Shown here piece after piece: positions 8,405 through 18,318 of a DNA stretch of 64,000 bases. Position 1 is the stretch's first letter. Each line of letters opens with the position of its first letter. The notes beneath the pieces are model-generated. The model saw only the letters and a program-made list of their open reading frames with translations, made no database searches and was not told the origin of the DNA. Source of the DNA: a virus. Lineage: Duplodnaviria > Heunggongvirae > Uroviricota > Caudoviricetes. Position numbers and translations under genes: made by a program. Location of the stretch: IMG/VR virus record IMGVR_UViG_3300029305_002265. One strand, given 5' to 3'.

Positions 8405-9661
8405 ACATCTTACCAATGTTTCATATACTGCTCTCCTTGTCAGAATTGCATTCTGCATACACTTCAATGTAAGGTATCCAGGAATTTCTTTCTCGGTTTT
8501 TGCTCGGTTTGCTGTTACATTCTTTCCTGTGCCTCTAAGAATTGTGTGGTCGGGCTGGTCGTTTACACTTCCAAGACCGCCAATCTTTGTCTTCTTAGTA
8601 GCGCAAGCTCTTAAGGCATCCATAACGTACATATTCAGCGTTTCAATGTCTTTCTCAACATTGATTATAGGCAGTACTGATGTTGCCCAAGAGTATCGAC
8701 CGTCTCCCTTATAGAGGAAGTTATTAACCGAGTTAACCGCTTTCGTCATTGAAATGTTGTGCTGTTTGATTGTTCTCGAAGCAATTTCCTTTTGGAAACT
8801 CTTGACACGAGAAGAGGACAGTGTGATTTGGTCACCCTTTATGTTGAAACCAAGGAACTTGACCCATCTATCTTTATAAATCTGCTCAACTTTCTTGGGG
8901 TTGAGCGTCATATTCATATCCTCCAAGATAGATTTAACTACCCGAAAGGCAGAATCACACTCTTCACCAATATACATCAAGTCATCTGAATATCTTACGT
9001 AATATCCAGGCATCATACTTGCCGTCTCATCGAGGTGATAGAGCACCGCATCTGCCAAGAACGAAGCAACTGCGCAACCCTGCTTTAATGACTGATAGTG
9101 CTCAATCAAGTTGCCGTCAACATCAAAGCATAAGTCTGTATGATAATACTTTCTAACAATATCAAGTATCTTCGACTCACCGCATTTCTCTTCCATTCTA
9201 TCGAACACATCATCAATGTATTCAATCGGAACGGTGTCGAAATATTTCGTAAGGTCTGCCTTAAAGCCAACTTCTCGACCTTTGACGCTGATTACCTGTC
9301 TTGATACTTCCTGTACAACTTTGCCGCAACCAAGCCCAGTCTGGTATGACTTACATGACTTATGCACAAATTCGGGGAACATTTCAAAGAACAAATTGTT
9401 CACAATAGACAAGAATATTCTATCAACATTCTCATTTACATAAACAATTCTCATATCTCCATTGTCCTTGGGAATAGCCACTTGATGGGGCGGAGCTATC
9501 TCATAGTTGTTACTCACAATACAGTTATACATTGCAAGTCTGACTTCGGGAGAGGTAAGTTTTCTCAACTCACCTTTATCAATTCCCTTGCCGACACCCA
9601 ATTCGAGTGCCTGCTCCCAACGTTCTTTCTCAAAGAACTTTTGCAGTAAAATGTCTGTCAT
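8399..9661 (-). CDS. reverse transcriptase (unclassified, array-associated)
   Basis: IPKDNGDMR, KADLTKYFDTV, LKQGCAVASFLAD, YVRYSDD (YxDD) and FLGF motifs; GGAGG RBS. Confidence 0.95.
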   Translation of the reverse strand: MTDILLQKFFEKERWEQALELGVGKGIDKGELRKLTSPEVRLAMYNCIVSNNYEIAPPHQVAIPKDNGDMRIVYVNENVDRIFLSIVNNLFFEMFPEFVHKSCKSYQTGLGCGKVVQEVSRQVISVKGREVGFKADLTKYFDTVPIEYIDDVFDRMEEKCGESKILDIVRKYYHTDLCFDVDGNLIEHYQSLKQGCAVASFLADAVLYHLDETASMMPGYYVRYSDDLMYIGEECDSAFRVVKSILEDMNMTLNPKKVEQIYKDRWVKFLGFNIKGDQITLSSSRVKSFQKEIASRTIKQHNISMTKAVNSVNNFLYKGDGRYSWATSVLPIINVEKDIETLNMYVMDALRACATKKTKIGGLGSVNDQPDHTILRGTGKNVTANRAKTEKEIPGYLTLKCMQNAILTRRAVYETLVRCM

Positions 9662-9675
9662 TCAGACTACCTCCT

Positions 9676-10101
9676 TTAATACCATTCTGTGTAGTAGATG
9701 CCAGTATCTACCCATTCGTCTCCGTCTAGGTTTTCATACCAGCCTCCGTTTTCTCCCTCTTCTTCAGAAGGTCTCCATTTTCCTTTACCGTAAGTTGTGT
9801 CCATAGCGCCATCGAAACACTCTTCGCAACAGTACCAATCTCCGTCTCCTGCAATAAACCCTGCATCGAAAGGTTTGCCGCATTCCTCACAGAATCTGAT
9901 TTCAATATTGTCTAGTTCAAGGGCGTCTCGTATGTCACTCTCAATATTCCAACCTTTTTGATTTACAAGGATGACATGTTCTTTACCTCTCTCCGTTGTC
10001 AGAAGTATGCTTTCCCCAATCAAATCTAGATTAAAAGCACGACCCCCAAAATCGTGCTCATATTTACCGTGTTCTTTTAAGTAATCTATAATTGTTTTCA
10101 T
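9676..10101 (-). CDS. hypothetical protein with CxxC/CCxxC zinc-finger
   Basis: FCEECG...WYCCEECF; ends 14 bp before the RT start. Confidence 0.75.
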   Translation of the reverse strand: MKTIIDYLKEHGKYEHDFGGRAFNLDLIGESILLTTERGKEHVILVNQKGWNIESDIRDALELDNIEIRFCEECGKPFDAGFIAGDGDWYCCEECFDGAMDTTYGKGKWRPSEEEGENGGWYENLDGDEWVDTGIYYTEWY

Positions 10102-10286
10102 TATTTATTCCTCCTCAGGATTATTATAATCATTTTGTCGTGTTAATACAATAGATATCTCTGAATGTTTTCTCTTGTCCATTCATTTGGATTGAGTCCC
10201 GAAGCAAGAATATTCATTACTTCATCGAATGTTACGTTAATATATTTTTGTTTATCCACTAAGTATATTTGCACATATATTCCTCC

Positions 10287-10535
10287 TTAGGAAATTAGTA
10301 TTGCTTTGCCCTCAAGCTTGATATTGCATCCGTCCTCATTGATAAGTTCTACAAAGTCTGCATCTTCAGGATTGTCAATGTCCACAAGATTTGTGTACCA
10401 TCCACAATGAATGCCATTAAGTTCGTCATCGTTTCCAAGGTAGATAGGGAGTGCACAGATGTCGCCCATTGTCATACCATCTTTCATTAAGTTGTGTACT
10501 ACCTCAATTATTTGTCCAAGCGTAAGTTGTTTCAT
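10287..10535 (-). CDS. hypothetical protein
   Basis: 82-aa ORF, GGAGGAG RBS. Confidence 0.75.
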   Translation of the reverse strand: MKQLTLGQIIEVVHNLMKDGMTMGDICALPIYLGNDDELNGIHCGWYTNLVDIDNPEDADFVELINEDGCNIKLEGKAILIS

Positions 10536-10538
10536 ATA

Positions 10539-10817
10539 TTACTCCTCCTTAAAATCTTCAGGTACTTCGAACCAACGATATTCGTTGATGAATGCATCAC
10601 CCTCATAATGAGAGCAATCTACAAGAACAACGTTGAGATTGTTTTCTACTATGTGGTCAATTTCTGTTAGTGGGTAGTCCCACAGGTCGTCAAAGCCATA
10701 TCTTGCAAGATGTTTGCGAATGCAGTTTACTGTTCCATCATATTTAGATATAAAGAAGTTACCTGTGATTCCCTCTACATAACTCTGCGGGTTATAGATA
10801 TTATTTGATTTTACCAT
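10539..10817 (-). CDS. hypothetical protein
   Basis: GGAGG RBS before ATG 10817. Confidence 0.7.
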   Translation of the reverse strand: MVKSNNIYNPQSYVEGITGNFFISKYDGTVNCIRKHLARYGFDDLWDYPLTEIDHIVENNLNVVLVDCSHYEGDAFINEYRWFEVPEDFKEE

Positions 10818-10830
10818 TGTTTGTTCCTCC

Positions 10831-11235
10831 TTAACCAAAATACGTTCCGACAATGTGTCTGATGTTTGCTCGATAATCAAAGTCTTCAGGTAGATACTCG
10901 CCGAGTTTTTGCTTGAACTCAGCAATCAGCTCGTCCATATTTTCATATGCTGGCTTGAATAGCGTAGAATATGAACATATCGGAACATAGTAGATTCGAT
11001 CTCCACTATAACTCTCTGTGCTTCCGTATTCATGACATCCACTATCTGTAATACGGAACGCTTCTCCTGAGAAGTCTCCAATATATTCACAAATGCCCTC
11101 ATCATAAAGAGCATCACCGTATTCGTCTTCTTCTATATCGTCAAAGTCATCACATACTATTGATGCGATGGTTCTCATTGTTTCCTCTGTTAATAGCAGT
11201 CCGTAATCGTCAACTGCGTAATCTCTCATACTCAT
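10831..11235 (-). CDS. hypothetical acidic protein
   Basis: 134-aa ORF with RBS. Confidence 0.75.
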   Translation of the reverse strand: MSMRDYAVDDYGLLLTEETMRTIASIVCDDFDDIEEDEYGDALYDEGICEYIGDFSGEAFRITDSGCHEYGSTESYSGDRIYYVPICSYSTLFKPAYENMDELIAEFKQKLGEYLPEDFDYRANIRHIVGTYFG

Positions 11236-11236
11236 A

Positions 11237-11443
11237 TTAGTTGTCCTCCTCGTCTTCGCTTCTCACGCCGTCAATATCAAACGCATATTCAATCTGATAT
11301 GCAAGGTCGCTCCAAGTACCTTCGACCTGAGCTTCTCTCAATGCTTTTGCAAGAGCAATAAGTGTGTGCTCCTCTGCTATAACCTCGATGTCATTTTCTA
11401 TGAATTTGTATCTGTATTTGTCTACTTTTAACATAATTATCAT
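11237..11443 (-). CDS. hypothetical protein
   Basis: 68-aa ORF. Confidence 0.65.
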   Translation of the reverse strand: MIIMLKVDKYRYKFIENDIEVIAEEHTLIALAKALREAQVEGTWSDLAYQIEYAFDIDGVRSEDEEDN

Positions 11444-11507
11444 CCTTTCGCTCGTATATGTCCGAATCGCCCAGACAGTTATATTATATCATAATCATTT
11501 TGTTTTG

Positions 11508-11879
11508 TTAATCCTCATCTTCATAGTCCCATTCGCTTAGCAGCTCTTGACCATTGCCCCACCAAGAAGGTTTACCGCTTCCCTCTTCAGTTTCTTCGTG
11601 AGTCCAACACTCAATTTCTTCGCCGTCAACATCGACAATAGGTGTAGCCCATACAGAGCATCCATAAACATAACCGTCATAATACTTACCTTTTGCGTAA
11701 ATCAAGCCGCTTGTATTATTCCAATCCTCTTGAAGTCCTGCGTGAATTACCGCATTAGGATGCTCATCTACAACCTTTTGTACCTTTTTCCAATCCATAT
11801 ACTTTTTTGAACCGATTGGCTTTGTTGCAACTGCCTGCGGACCAAGGAATCCCATTGCGAAATCTGTATAGCCTTTCAT
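11508..11879 (-). CDS. hypothetical protein
   Basis: 123-aa ORF, GGAGG RBS. Confidence 0.75.
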   Translation of the reverse strand: MKGYTDFAMGFLGPQAVATKPIGSKKYMDWKKVQKVVDEHPNAVIHAGLQEDWNNTSGLIYAKGKYYDGYVYGCSVWATPIVDVDGEEIECWTHEETEEGSGKPSWWGNGQELLSEWDYEDED

Positions 11880-11925
11880 TTTTGTTTATTTCCTCCATTT
11901 AATTTATCTTTTGTAAAATGTTTTG

Positions 11926-12327
11926 TTAACCTACTCTTGTAATTCCGCCGCCAAAGGATTTAACGGCAACTGTGCCAAACTCGCTGCACCAGTCATCTGT
12001 CTTATTCCATACATAGGAGAATGCATAGCCCTCTTTGATATCTTCGAGTGTATCTTCCCACTCTTCCTCATATTTACTGATACAAAGAAGTTCATACAAT
12101 TCACCAAATTCGGTCATTGTGTGAGTTACAGCGTATACTATTGAGCCATATTCGACTTCAAATTCTTTGATTTTCTTAAGCAGCTCAGGTTCATTATCTT
12201 CGTCGATGTAGTAACCTCCAAATCTCTCAAACAGAGTTACCGTGCCGTCTTTTTCGAACTTCTTGATGTAAGGCTTATAGATGTCAAGTGATTTCATTGC
12301 GCTGATTGCGACTTCTTTCTGCGTCAT
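11926..12327 (-). CDS. hypothetical protein
   Basis: 133-aa ORF, GGAGG RBS. Confidence 0.8.
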   Translation of the reverse strand: MTQKEVAISAMKSLDIYKPYIKKFEKDGTVTLFERFGGYYIDEDNEPELLKKIKEFEVEYGSIVYAVTHTMTEFGELYELLCISKYEEEWEDTLEDIKEGYAFSYVWNKTDDWCSEFGTVAVKSFGGGITRVG

Positions 12328-12330
12328 AGT

Positions 12331-12744
12331 TTATTCCTCCTCCTGTGCGGCAATCGCTCTCTTCAAAGCATCCGCCATTCTTGGGTCTGTGTTAATTTCA
12401 TCTATAGTTAAACCGAGTGCTTCAAGCGTGTCGGTAAGGTCTTGAGTATATCCATACTCGTGGTTGCCAAGTTCATAATTGAACATCTGATACAGATACT
12501 CATCATCCTGCATTGCGGCTTTACGCTCTGCCTCGTGACGGTCAAACATTTCATTCATTGCTTTAATGTCGTCTCTGCGGATATAACTACCTCCGCCGAG
12601 AGTCAAGATTTCTCTGATGTCCGTAGGTTTGAGATCCCATTTCTTCATCATCTCATCGAATTGCTTTTGATTGAATGCAAATCCGAATGGGAATGTGTCA
12701 ACCTCTTTTTGGTGCTTGGATTTAAGTTCTGTATATTTATTCAA
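12331..12744 (-). CDS. conserved hypothetical protein of Firmicutes mobile elements
   Basis: FAFNxxQF and YELxNHEY motifs. Confidence 0.75.
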   Translation of the reverse strand: MNKYTELKSKHQKEVDTFPFGFAFNQKQFDEMMKKWDLKPTDIREILTLGGGSYIRRDDIKAMNEMFDRHEAERKAAMQDDEYLYQMFNYELGNHEYGYTQDLTDTLEALGLTIDEINTDPRMADALKRAIAAQEEE

Positions 12745-12955
12745 TATTATTCACTCCTCTAAATTTATTCCGTTTCAAATCTCATTATATTATGCCATCT
12801 ATCAAAATAAATTTTCTTTACTTTGATTTTTCGCAAGTCATACTTTTCGGCTATCTCTTCTTTTGTTAATTCATCACCATATAACATAATATAATCTTCG
12901 GTTGAACATAGTTTTAATGCCGTGTATAAATCAATCACTTTTCTTCATTCCTCCG

Positions 12956-13990
12956 TTAAAATCCAGTCTGTTTACCAACAAAGTTAATAGGCTTGTTAGT
13001 TTTCTTGCTTACTCCATGACCAACAACCTCAACGCTATAATCAACGTGTTTATCGCCCTTTTTACCATAGCTTGTATCATGGTCAAGAGTCCAACGATTT
13101 TCTTTGACTACAAATTGAACAGTGCCCTTAAAATCTTTAATCCAAGTTGTCGTCCACTTTTTGTTAATGTGGTCATCATAAGACGGATTATATTTTAACA
13201 CATCATCGAGTAGAATGACGGAAACTAATCCTGCGTCGGCGCAAAAACTGCCTATCTTTCTGCGAGTGTCGGTGTTGTAAGTGGTGCAGCTCCAATCGCC
13301 ATAAATTGTGTTGCGAGTCATAAAGTGATTGATGCCAAGAACGTCAAGACTATCTCCATATTCACTCTTTTCCCAGTCGCTGATTGGCTGTTCATTTCTC
13401 CATTTTTCATACGCACGGCTATGAGCGTCCCATTCAGCCTTGAGAATGGGAGACTCTCCGTTTACACAGTCTGGATAATCAGAATGTCGCGGAGGGTATC
13501 TGAATGTTTTCCCATCTTTAATTTCTTCGCGAAATCTGGTGACGTAATCCCACCAATCAGGATAGGTAGAATAATCGTTTCCCTCTTGGTCATCTCTCAT
13601 AATATAGCACGGGTCTGTGATAATGATGTCACCATCAAACTCCATGGGTTCAGAATCTTGGTAACGTTCATAACTTGTGCGTTCTAAACTACATAATTCC
13701 TCGAAATTAATGCCATCAAATATGTTCTCTATATCACTATAGAATTTCATATATGCCATTCTATCTTCGCCATAAAGTTCTTTTCGTTTATCATATAATT
13801 CACGCGGAATCATAAATACATAACTCGTGAATCCCATATTAACCATCTCTTTAATGTGACCTATAATCATATCAATTTCATCGTTAGTAAAGATGTTGGT
13901 GCTGACCAAAGTATTTCTAATGTGTTGATAAAGTTCAGCGAGTTTGCCATCTCGCTCTTTATTCTTTTCTATTACCCAAGACTTATCCAT
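12956..13990 (-). CDS. hypothetical protein
   Basis: 344-aa ORF with IIITDPCY and FCADAG motifs; AGGAG RBS. Confidence 0.8.
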   Translation of the reverse strand: MDKSWVIEKNKERDGKLAELYQHIRNTLVSTNIFTNDEIDMIIGHIKEMVNMGFTSYVFMIPRELYDKRKELYGEDRMAYMKFYSDIENIFDGINFEELCSLERTSYERYQDSEPMEFDGDIIITDPCYIMRDDQEGNDYSTYPDWWDYVTRFREEIKDGKTFRYPPRHSDYPDCVNGESPILKAEWDAHSRAYEKWRNEQPISDWEKSEYGDSLDVLGINHFMTRNTIYGDWSCTTYNTDTRRKIGSFCADAGLVSVILLDDVLKYNPSYDDHINKKWTTTWIKDFKGTVQFVVKENRWTLDHDTSYGKKGDKHVDYSVEVVGHGVSKKTNKPINFVGKQTGF

Positions 13991-14110
13991 TGGTATTCTC
14001 CTTCTTCTTTTCGCCCTTGGTCATTCTACCATCACAAGGCATTGTACGAGTTGTCTCGCCACAAGCCTTGAAGTAGATGCAGTTGATGCAGGGATGGATT
14101 GGTTGGTTTT

Positions 14111-14305
14111 TCATTGAGATACCTCCTTATTCCAGGCTTTTATTGCTTGCTTTTCTGTAAATCTCGTTACTTTTCTTCGGCAATAGCAACATAGAATCGT
14201 TGTGCCGATTGGAATACCAAGAAAATGTGTTTTATATGGCAGCATCATAGGTATCTCGCAGTTACAAGGTTCTACATTTTGAAAAATTATGGATTTCATT
14301 CGCAT
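14111..14305 (-). CDS. small zinc-ribbon protein (Lar-like)
   Basis: PCNC ... CCYC ... AIKAWN. Confidence 0.55.
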   Translation of the reverse strand: MRMKSIIFQNVEPCNCEIPMMLPYKTHFLGIPIGTTILCCYCRRKVTRFTEKQAIKAWNKEVSQ

Positions 14306-14589
14306 ACCTCCTTGATGTCAGTATGTCTGACACAATATGTCTGTTTGCGGCTATCGGTTTGTAGTTCATAAGTAAACCAATAACCAGTATCATCGATGTG
14401 TTCGAGAGTTGTCATATACATTTCTCTCGGTAAAAAGGGCACCGAGGCGTAAAGTACCTCGAATGCCCTGTCTATCTTCTCTCTCCAACGCTTCTGCTTT
14501 TCAGCATCGAGTTGGATTTGAAGTCTGATATTTTCTTTTTCGAGAGCCGCTACTTGAGCGTAGAGCTCTGCTTTTGTGGGAGTTTTCAT
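14296..14589 (-). CDS. hypothetical protein
   Basis: 97-aa ORF with overlapping start/stop. Confidence 0.7.
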   Translation of the reverse strand: MKTPTKAELYAQVAALEKENIRLQIQLDAEKQKRWREKIDRAFEVLYASVPFLPREMYMTTLEHIDDTGYWFTYELQTDSRKQTYCVRHTDIKEVCE

Positions 14590-14822
14590 TGAGATGCCTC
14601 CTTATATACACATTCATAGCGTTTTCTTTCAAACTTATCGCAGATGTTGAAGAATATTCTTCTTGCTTCTGCGTTTGTAGGACATACCTTTACTGTGGTT
14701 TCAGGTTCTGCGTTAAACCAACTGCTTCTGTAGGTTCTTGTGGTTACGACAATGTTATCTTCACAGATTACTTGTTCGTAGATTATACATTCATTGCCAT
14801 AGTGCTGATATTTGGCTTTCAT
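14586..14822 (-). CDS. hypothetical protein
   Basis: 78-aa ORF with RBS. Confidence 0.7.
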   Translation of the reverse strand: MKAKYQHYGNECIIYEQVICEDNIVVTTRTYRSSWFNAEPETTVKVCPTNAEARRIFFNICDKFERKRYECVYKEASQ

Positions 14823-14840
14823 TCGAATGTCTCCTATTTC

Positions 14841-15815
14841 TTAGAACCATACTCTCAGATTCTTGACGTTATCGGGGTCATATGTCGGAACAAAATCATC
14901 TTCGGGCATTACGTCCTTAAGAGATATCAAATCCTTATATGTTTTATCATATCGATAATAGTTACCATATTCATCAATAGCAACCTCATTTTCCTCATTC
15001 ACAAGCCACGTGTCGGCTGTCCATGAATAAATCCAAACAGTCTCGGCGGGCAAGAATGTAACATCAATGCGGCGATTGTATGAGCTGTACTGACTATACG
15101 ATGAATGATAACTCTTATATTCTTCGATATACTCAAACTTCTCACATTCTGTCGTCAGCATCTTTACGGACTTCTCAATGATAGTATTCATATCACCGAT
15201 GTCTACATATTCGTGCTCAGTATGAGGATTGTAATATCCACTTGAGATATTTACCGCCGCCACTTCAAGGTCAGGGGCAATAATGCTTATATCGGAGAAT
15301 GTGCCGTAAGATTTTTTGAAACCAAATCCCTCGACAAACTCAACGAATTCCTTATTACCGCACTGATAGAAGACACAGTCCTTATTCCCCTTGCGGTCAT
15401 ACTCAACGATATACTTGAGGTCGGGTATATCAGTAGTTACAATGTACTCCGTGAATACTCGTGCTCCAACACCGCCAACTTCCTCGTCCATCGTGAAGAG
15501 GACATAAGGCTTGTACGGAAGCTTGTTGAGCAACTCAAGGATGATATACACACCGCATCTATCGTCGCCGCCAATTCCCTGCGGAGACATCATATAGTTT
15601 CCGTCCTTGGAATAACAGATGATTGATGGTAGATTCTTGTGCACAGTATCGAGATGTGCCACAAGCATATATGGAGCATTTCCCTCTGCGTAGAGGAACT
15701 TAGGTTTATTGTGCAACTGAGAGGGTGTATACCCTTTCTCTATCAGTTCGCATCTCAGAGCATTCTTGAGCTTAGTAGCAGGTGTTGTAAATATTTTTTC
15801 GAATTTCATTTTCAT
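14841..15815 (-). CDS. M28/M20-clan zinc metallopeptidase
   Basis: AHLDTV, GGDDRCG, DEEVGG, SDIS and YNPHT motifs. Confidence 0.85.
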   Translation of the reverse strand: MKMKFEKIFTTPATKLKNALRCELIEKGYTPSQLHNKPKFLYAEGNAPYMLVAHLDTVHKNLPSIICYSKDGNYMMSPQGIGGDDRCGVYIILELLNKLPYKPYVLFTMDEEVGGVGARVFTEYIVTTDIPDLKYIVEYDRKGNKDCVFYQCGNKEFVEFVEGFGFKKSYGTFSDISIIAPDLEVAAVNISSGYYNPHTEHEYVDIGDMNTIIEKSVKMLTTECEKFEYIEEYKSYHSSYSQYSSYNRRIDVTFLPAETVWIYSWTADTWLVNEENEVAIDEYGNYYRYDKTYKDLISLKDVMPEDDFVPTYDPDNVKNLRVWF

Positions 15816-17818
15816 TCATCCTTTCTATACATTTCGAGCACTTCATCGATTGTCTTGCCAATCCACGAGTCGTCGGCATTCTTGAGACGTCCTGCGATGT
15901 GTTCGTGGTCCCAGTTCCAACTGTGTCGGTCTAGCGAGCTAATCCAATACTGTTTGTACCCACCACTTATAAACACGTCTTCAATCTTGACGATACGATT
16001 GGGATACCAGCGTTCCATTGAACTTATAACACCGACGTGATAGCATTCGATAGTCGGGTTCATTACGACATAGTCGCCTACTTTGTAAGATTTTTGAGGC
16101 GTTACCTTAATTCCGTGTTTGCTCAAATCATGGCATCTTTCACAAACCTTATCACCATCGCGTTTTACGTGAACTTTTCCCTTGGTAATAAATTCGCCGC
16201 ATATTGAGCATATATCATACTTTTCGATACAGTGAGAGCAGAAGCTTCCCGCACGCTTTGTTGTGATCATACTTTTCGGATACCATACGCCGCAATCGTC
16301 ACACTTTATAAACCTGCGAGTCGCCTCGTAGCACATTGTTTTTGTGCCCTCATTGGTGGTCAGCTCGCCATATTTCCAGTCCATAGGTTCATATTGCTGA
16401 TGATAATCGCACCAGAATACACAGTCGGGGCAATAGAAGTTGCCGCTAATTTCGTAGTAATCATCGTGCATATGCATTCTCTTACCACAGTAGTTGCACT
16501 TAAGTGTTCTTTGATGATTGGGACACTGAAGCCAACTATGGTCTCTGCCATACAATGTTTCTCCACAATGGAGGCAATATGCTTCGTGACCAATTACAAT
16601 AGGATTATCCACATCAATAGAGATGGGGTTGTGCAGCGAAATAACAGGCTTTTGATGGTCATAGAAGTAATCGGGATAGTGACCTGAGTTATCGGCAGTT
16701 TCTACAAATCCCTCAATTCTCTTGATTTTGCGGCTGAATGTCCACAGATTTGTGAAGTTTTCAGTCTGCGAGATAATCAACTGCATCATCTGACGATATC
16801 TATCAACTAAAGCGTTCTCATTATTTGGATAACACTTTCCTGTGATAAGAATGCCATTAGAATACTGACAGCACATACGGGTCAGTTTCTGTCGCCGATA
16901 ATACTCCTTTCCATTGTAGGAAGCGGGCAGAGTATACAGAATGAACGACGGCTCATCGAGAGCATAAGACAGACAACCCTGCTTATACATTCCCTGATAA
17001 GAAGACTCGGAGTCCTCGTGGAAGATGCCGTGCGAATTGATGAAGTGGCAGCTCGACCACGAATTACCATTACTCATTGTCATAAAGTCAAGGAAATTCA
17101 AGGATACAAGCGTAATCTTCTCGATGGTCAACTCCGAGAGGCAGTCTGCGAACTTGGCGTAATACTTGTCGAAACTCTTGCAAGTACGAGGGTCGTCGCC
17201 GTCATCTTTGAGAGTTGTGGCGTTGTGTACTTCTTCGCTATATCGATTGACTACGAATTCGAATGCCTTGCGGACAAATTTGGTGATTTTGGTGCCGTTG
17301 TGGAACATTCTTTCCAAGGATGTGGGCAATTCATATCTCCAGTCCCAACTGTTGCGAATGGTATTGATTATATCTTCGTTCAGCAGTCCTGTTTCTTCGC
17401 CCCTATAACATTCCAAAGCATAAATGATTGCATCTATGCACCACTTATCGCCATTAACGTTAATGTGGTTTCTTACATATTGAGCAAGGTCGCAAAGGGC
17501 GTTTGATGCTCGCTTATAGTCAATGGGTCTTGTTTCGGTCTGCGAGAAAACGATGGCTTTTGCTTCCTCATTCCAATACGGATGATTGCGGAAGAGTTCC
17601 ATCTGTTTCTTCTTGTTTTCGAACCAAGTAGCAATATTCTTTCGAACGCCATCAACGGTGTATGTACCATCGATTTCAAATTCATCGAACAGCTTACAAG
17701 CAAGTTCGGTATAATAATCAATCTGCTTGTCATCGGTGTCGTATTCTGCGAGGAATGCCGCATTAGCCTCGGCATTATCTGTGCTCTTGTTTAAAACGAT
17801 ATCTTTGATGTTTTCCAT
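15812..17818 (-). CDS. large hypothetical protein with multiple CxxC zinc ribbons
   Basis: 668 aa; MSNGNSWSSCH core, tandem CxxC pairs, C-terminal YKVGDYV; overlaps the peptidase start. Confidence 0.8.
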   Translation of the reverse strand: MENIKDIVLNKSTDNAEANAAFLAEYDTDDKQIDYYTELACKLFDEFEIDGTYTVDGVRKNIATWFENKKKQMELFRNHPYWNEEAKAIVFSQTETRPIDYKRASNALCDLAQYVRNHINVNGDKWCIDAIIYALECYRGEETGLLNEDIINTIRNSWDWRYELPTSLERMFHNGTKITKFVRKAFEFVVNRYSEEVHNATTLKDDGDDPRTCKSFDKYYAKFADCLSELTIEKITLVSLNFLDFMTMSNGNSWSSCHFINSHGIFHEDSESSYQGMYKQGCLSYALDEPSFILYTLPASYNGKEYYRRQKLTRMCCQYSNGILITGKCYPNNENALVDRYRQMMQLIISQTENFTNLWTFSRKIKRIEGFVETADNSGHYPDYFYDHQKPVISLHNPISIDVDNPIVIGHEAYCLHCGETLYGRDHSWLQCPNHQRTLKCNYCGKRMHMHDDYYEISGNFYCPDCVFWCDYHQQYEPMDWKYGELTTNEGTKTMCYEATRRFIKCDDCGVWYPKSMITTKRAGSFCSHCIEKYDICSICGEFITKGKVHVKRDGDKVCERCHDLSKHGIKVTPQKSYKVGDYVVMNPTIECYHVGVISSMERWYPNRIVKIEDVFISGGYKQYWISSLDRHSWNWDHEHIAGRLKNADDSWIGKTIDEVLEMYRKDE

Positions 17819-17850
17819 GATAATACTCCTTTATAGTATTCGTTTCATTC

Positions 17851-18276
17851 TTATTCTGCACACAGAGCTTCGGCTTCCTGCATAAGAAACATTTCTTTTT
17901 CGAGCTTTGCACGCAGTTCTTCACACTTTGCCTTGTGTTTGGCAAGCTTTTCCTGTGCTTTCAGCTTTGCTTCCTGCTCGGTAACCATGGCATCATAAGC
18001 AGCAACCTTTTCAGCTCGGATACGGTTCTGCTCGGTGATTTCTCCAAGATGCTCCATCATCTTTGAGACGAGGCAGAGCTTCATTCCTTTGCAGGTTCTG
18101 GATTTGCCAGTTAAGGCGGCACTTATACAAGAGCGGTCTACACCAAGTGCATTTGCGGCATCATAGCCTGATGCATAGATGTCTCCAGTCGTGATGTTAT
18201 ACACGGCTTTGCAGTTCTTGTTGTTGTGGTGTCCAGTTACGTTTACGTTGCTTGCGTTCTGAATGTTGACGATCAT
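17851..18276 (-). CDS. NUMOD1-like HTH DNA-binding protein with coiled coil
   Basis: KAVYNITTGDIYASGYDAANALGVDRSCISAAL pattern. Confidence 0.7.
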   Translation of the reverse strand: MIVNIQNASNVNVTGHHNNKNCKAVYNITTGDIYASGYDAANALGVDRSCISAALTGKSRTCKGMKLCLVSKMMEHLGEITEQNRIRAEKVAAYDAMVTEQEAKLKAQEKLAKHKAKCEELRAKLEKEMFLMQEAEALCAE

Positions 18277-18318
18277 GATTTTTTTATACCTTTCTTTTTT
18301 TTGGTTTTTATTTTTAGT

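Noticed and set aside
8401..8426. ACATACATCTTACCAATGTTTCATAT inside the RT 3' end resembling a seventh unit anchor
   Set aside because: It is off-period (140 bp) and no long hairpin follows; possibly coincidental or a remnant.
8399..9661. DGR or group II intron interpretation of the RT
   Set aside because: I saw no TR/VR pair differing at adenines, no Avd-like gene, no intron domain V/VI after the ORF and no interrupted host gene.
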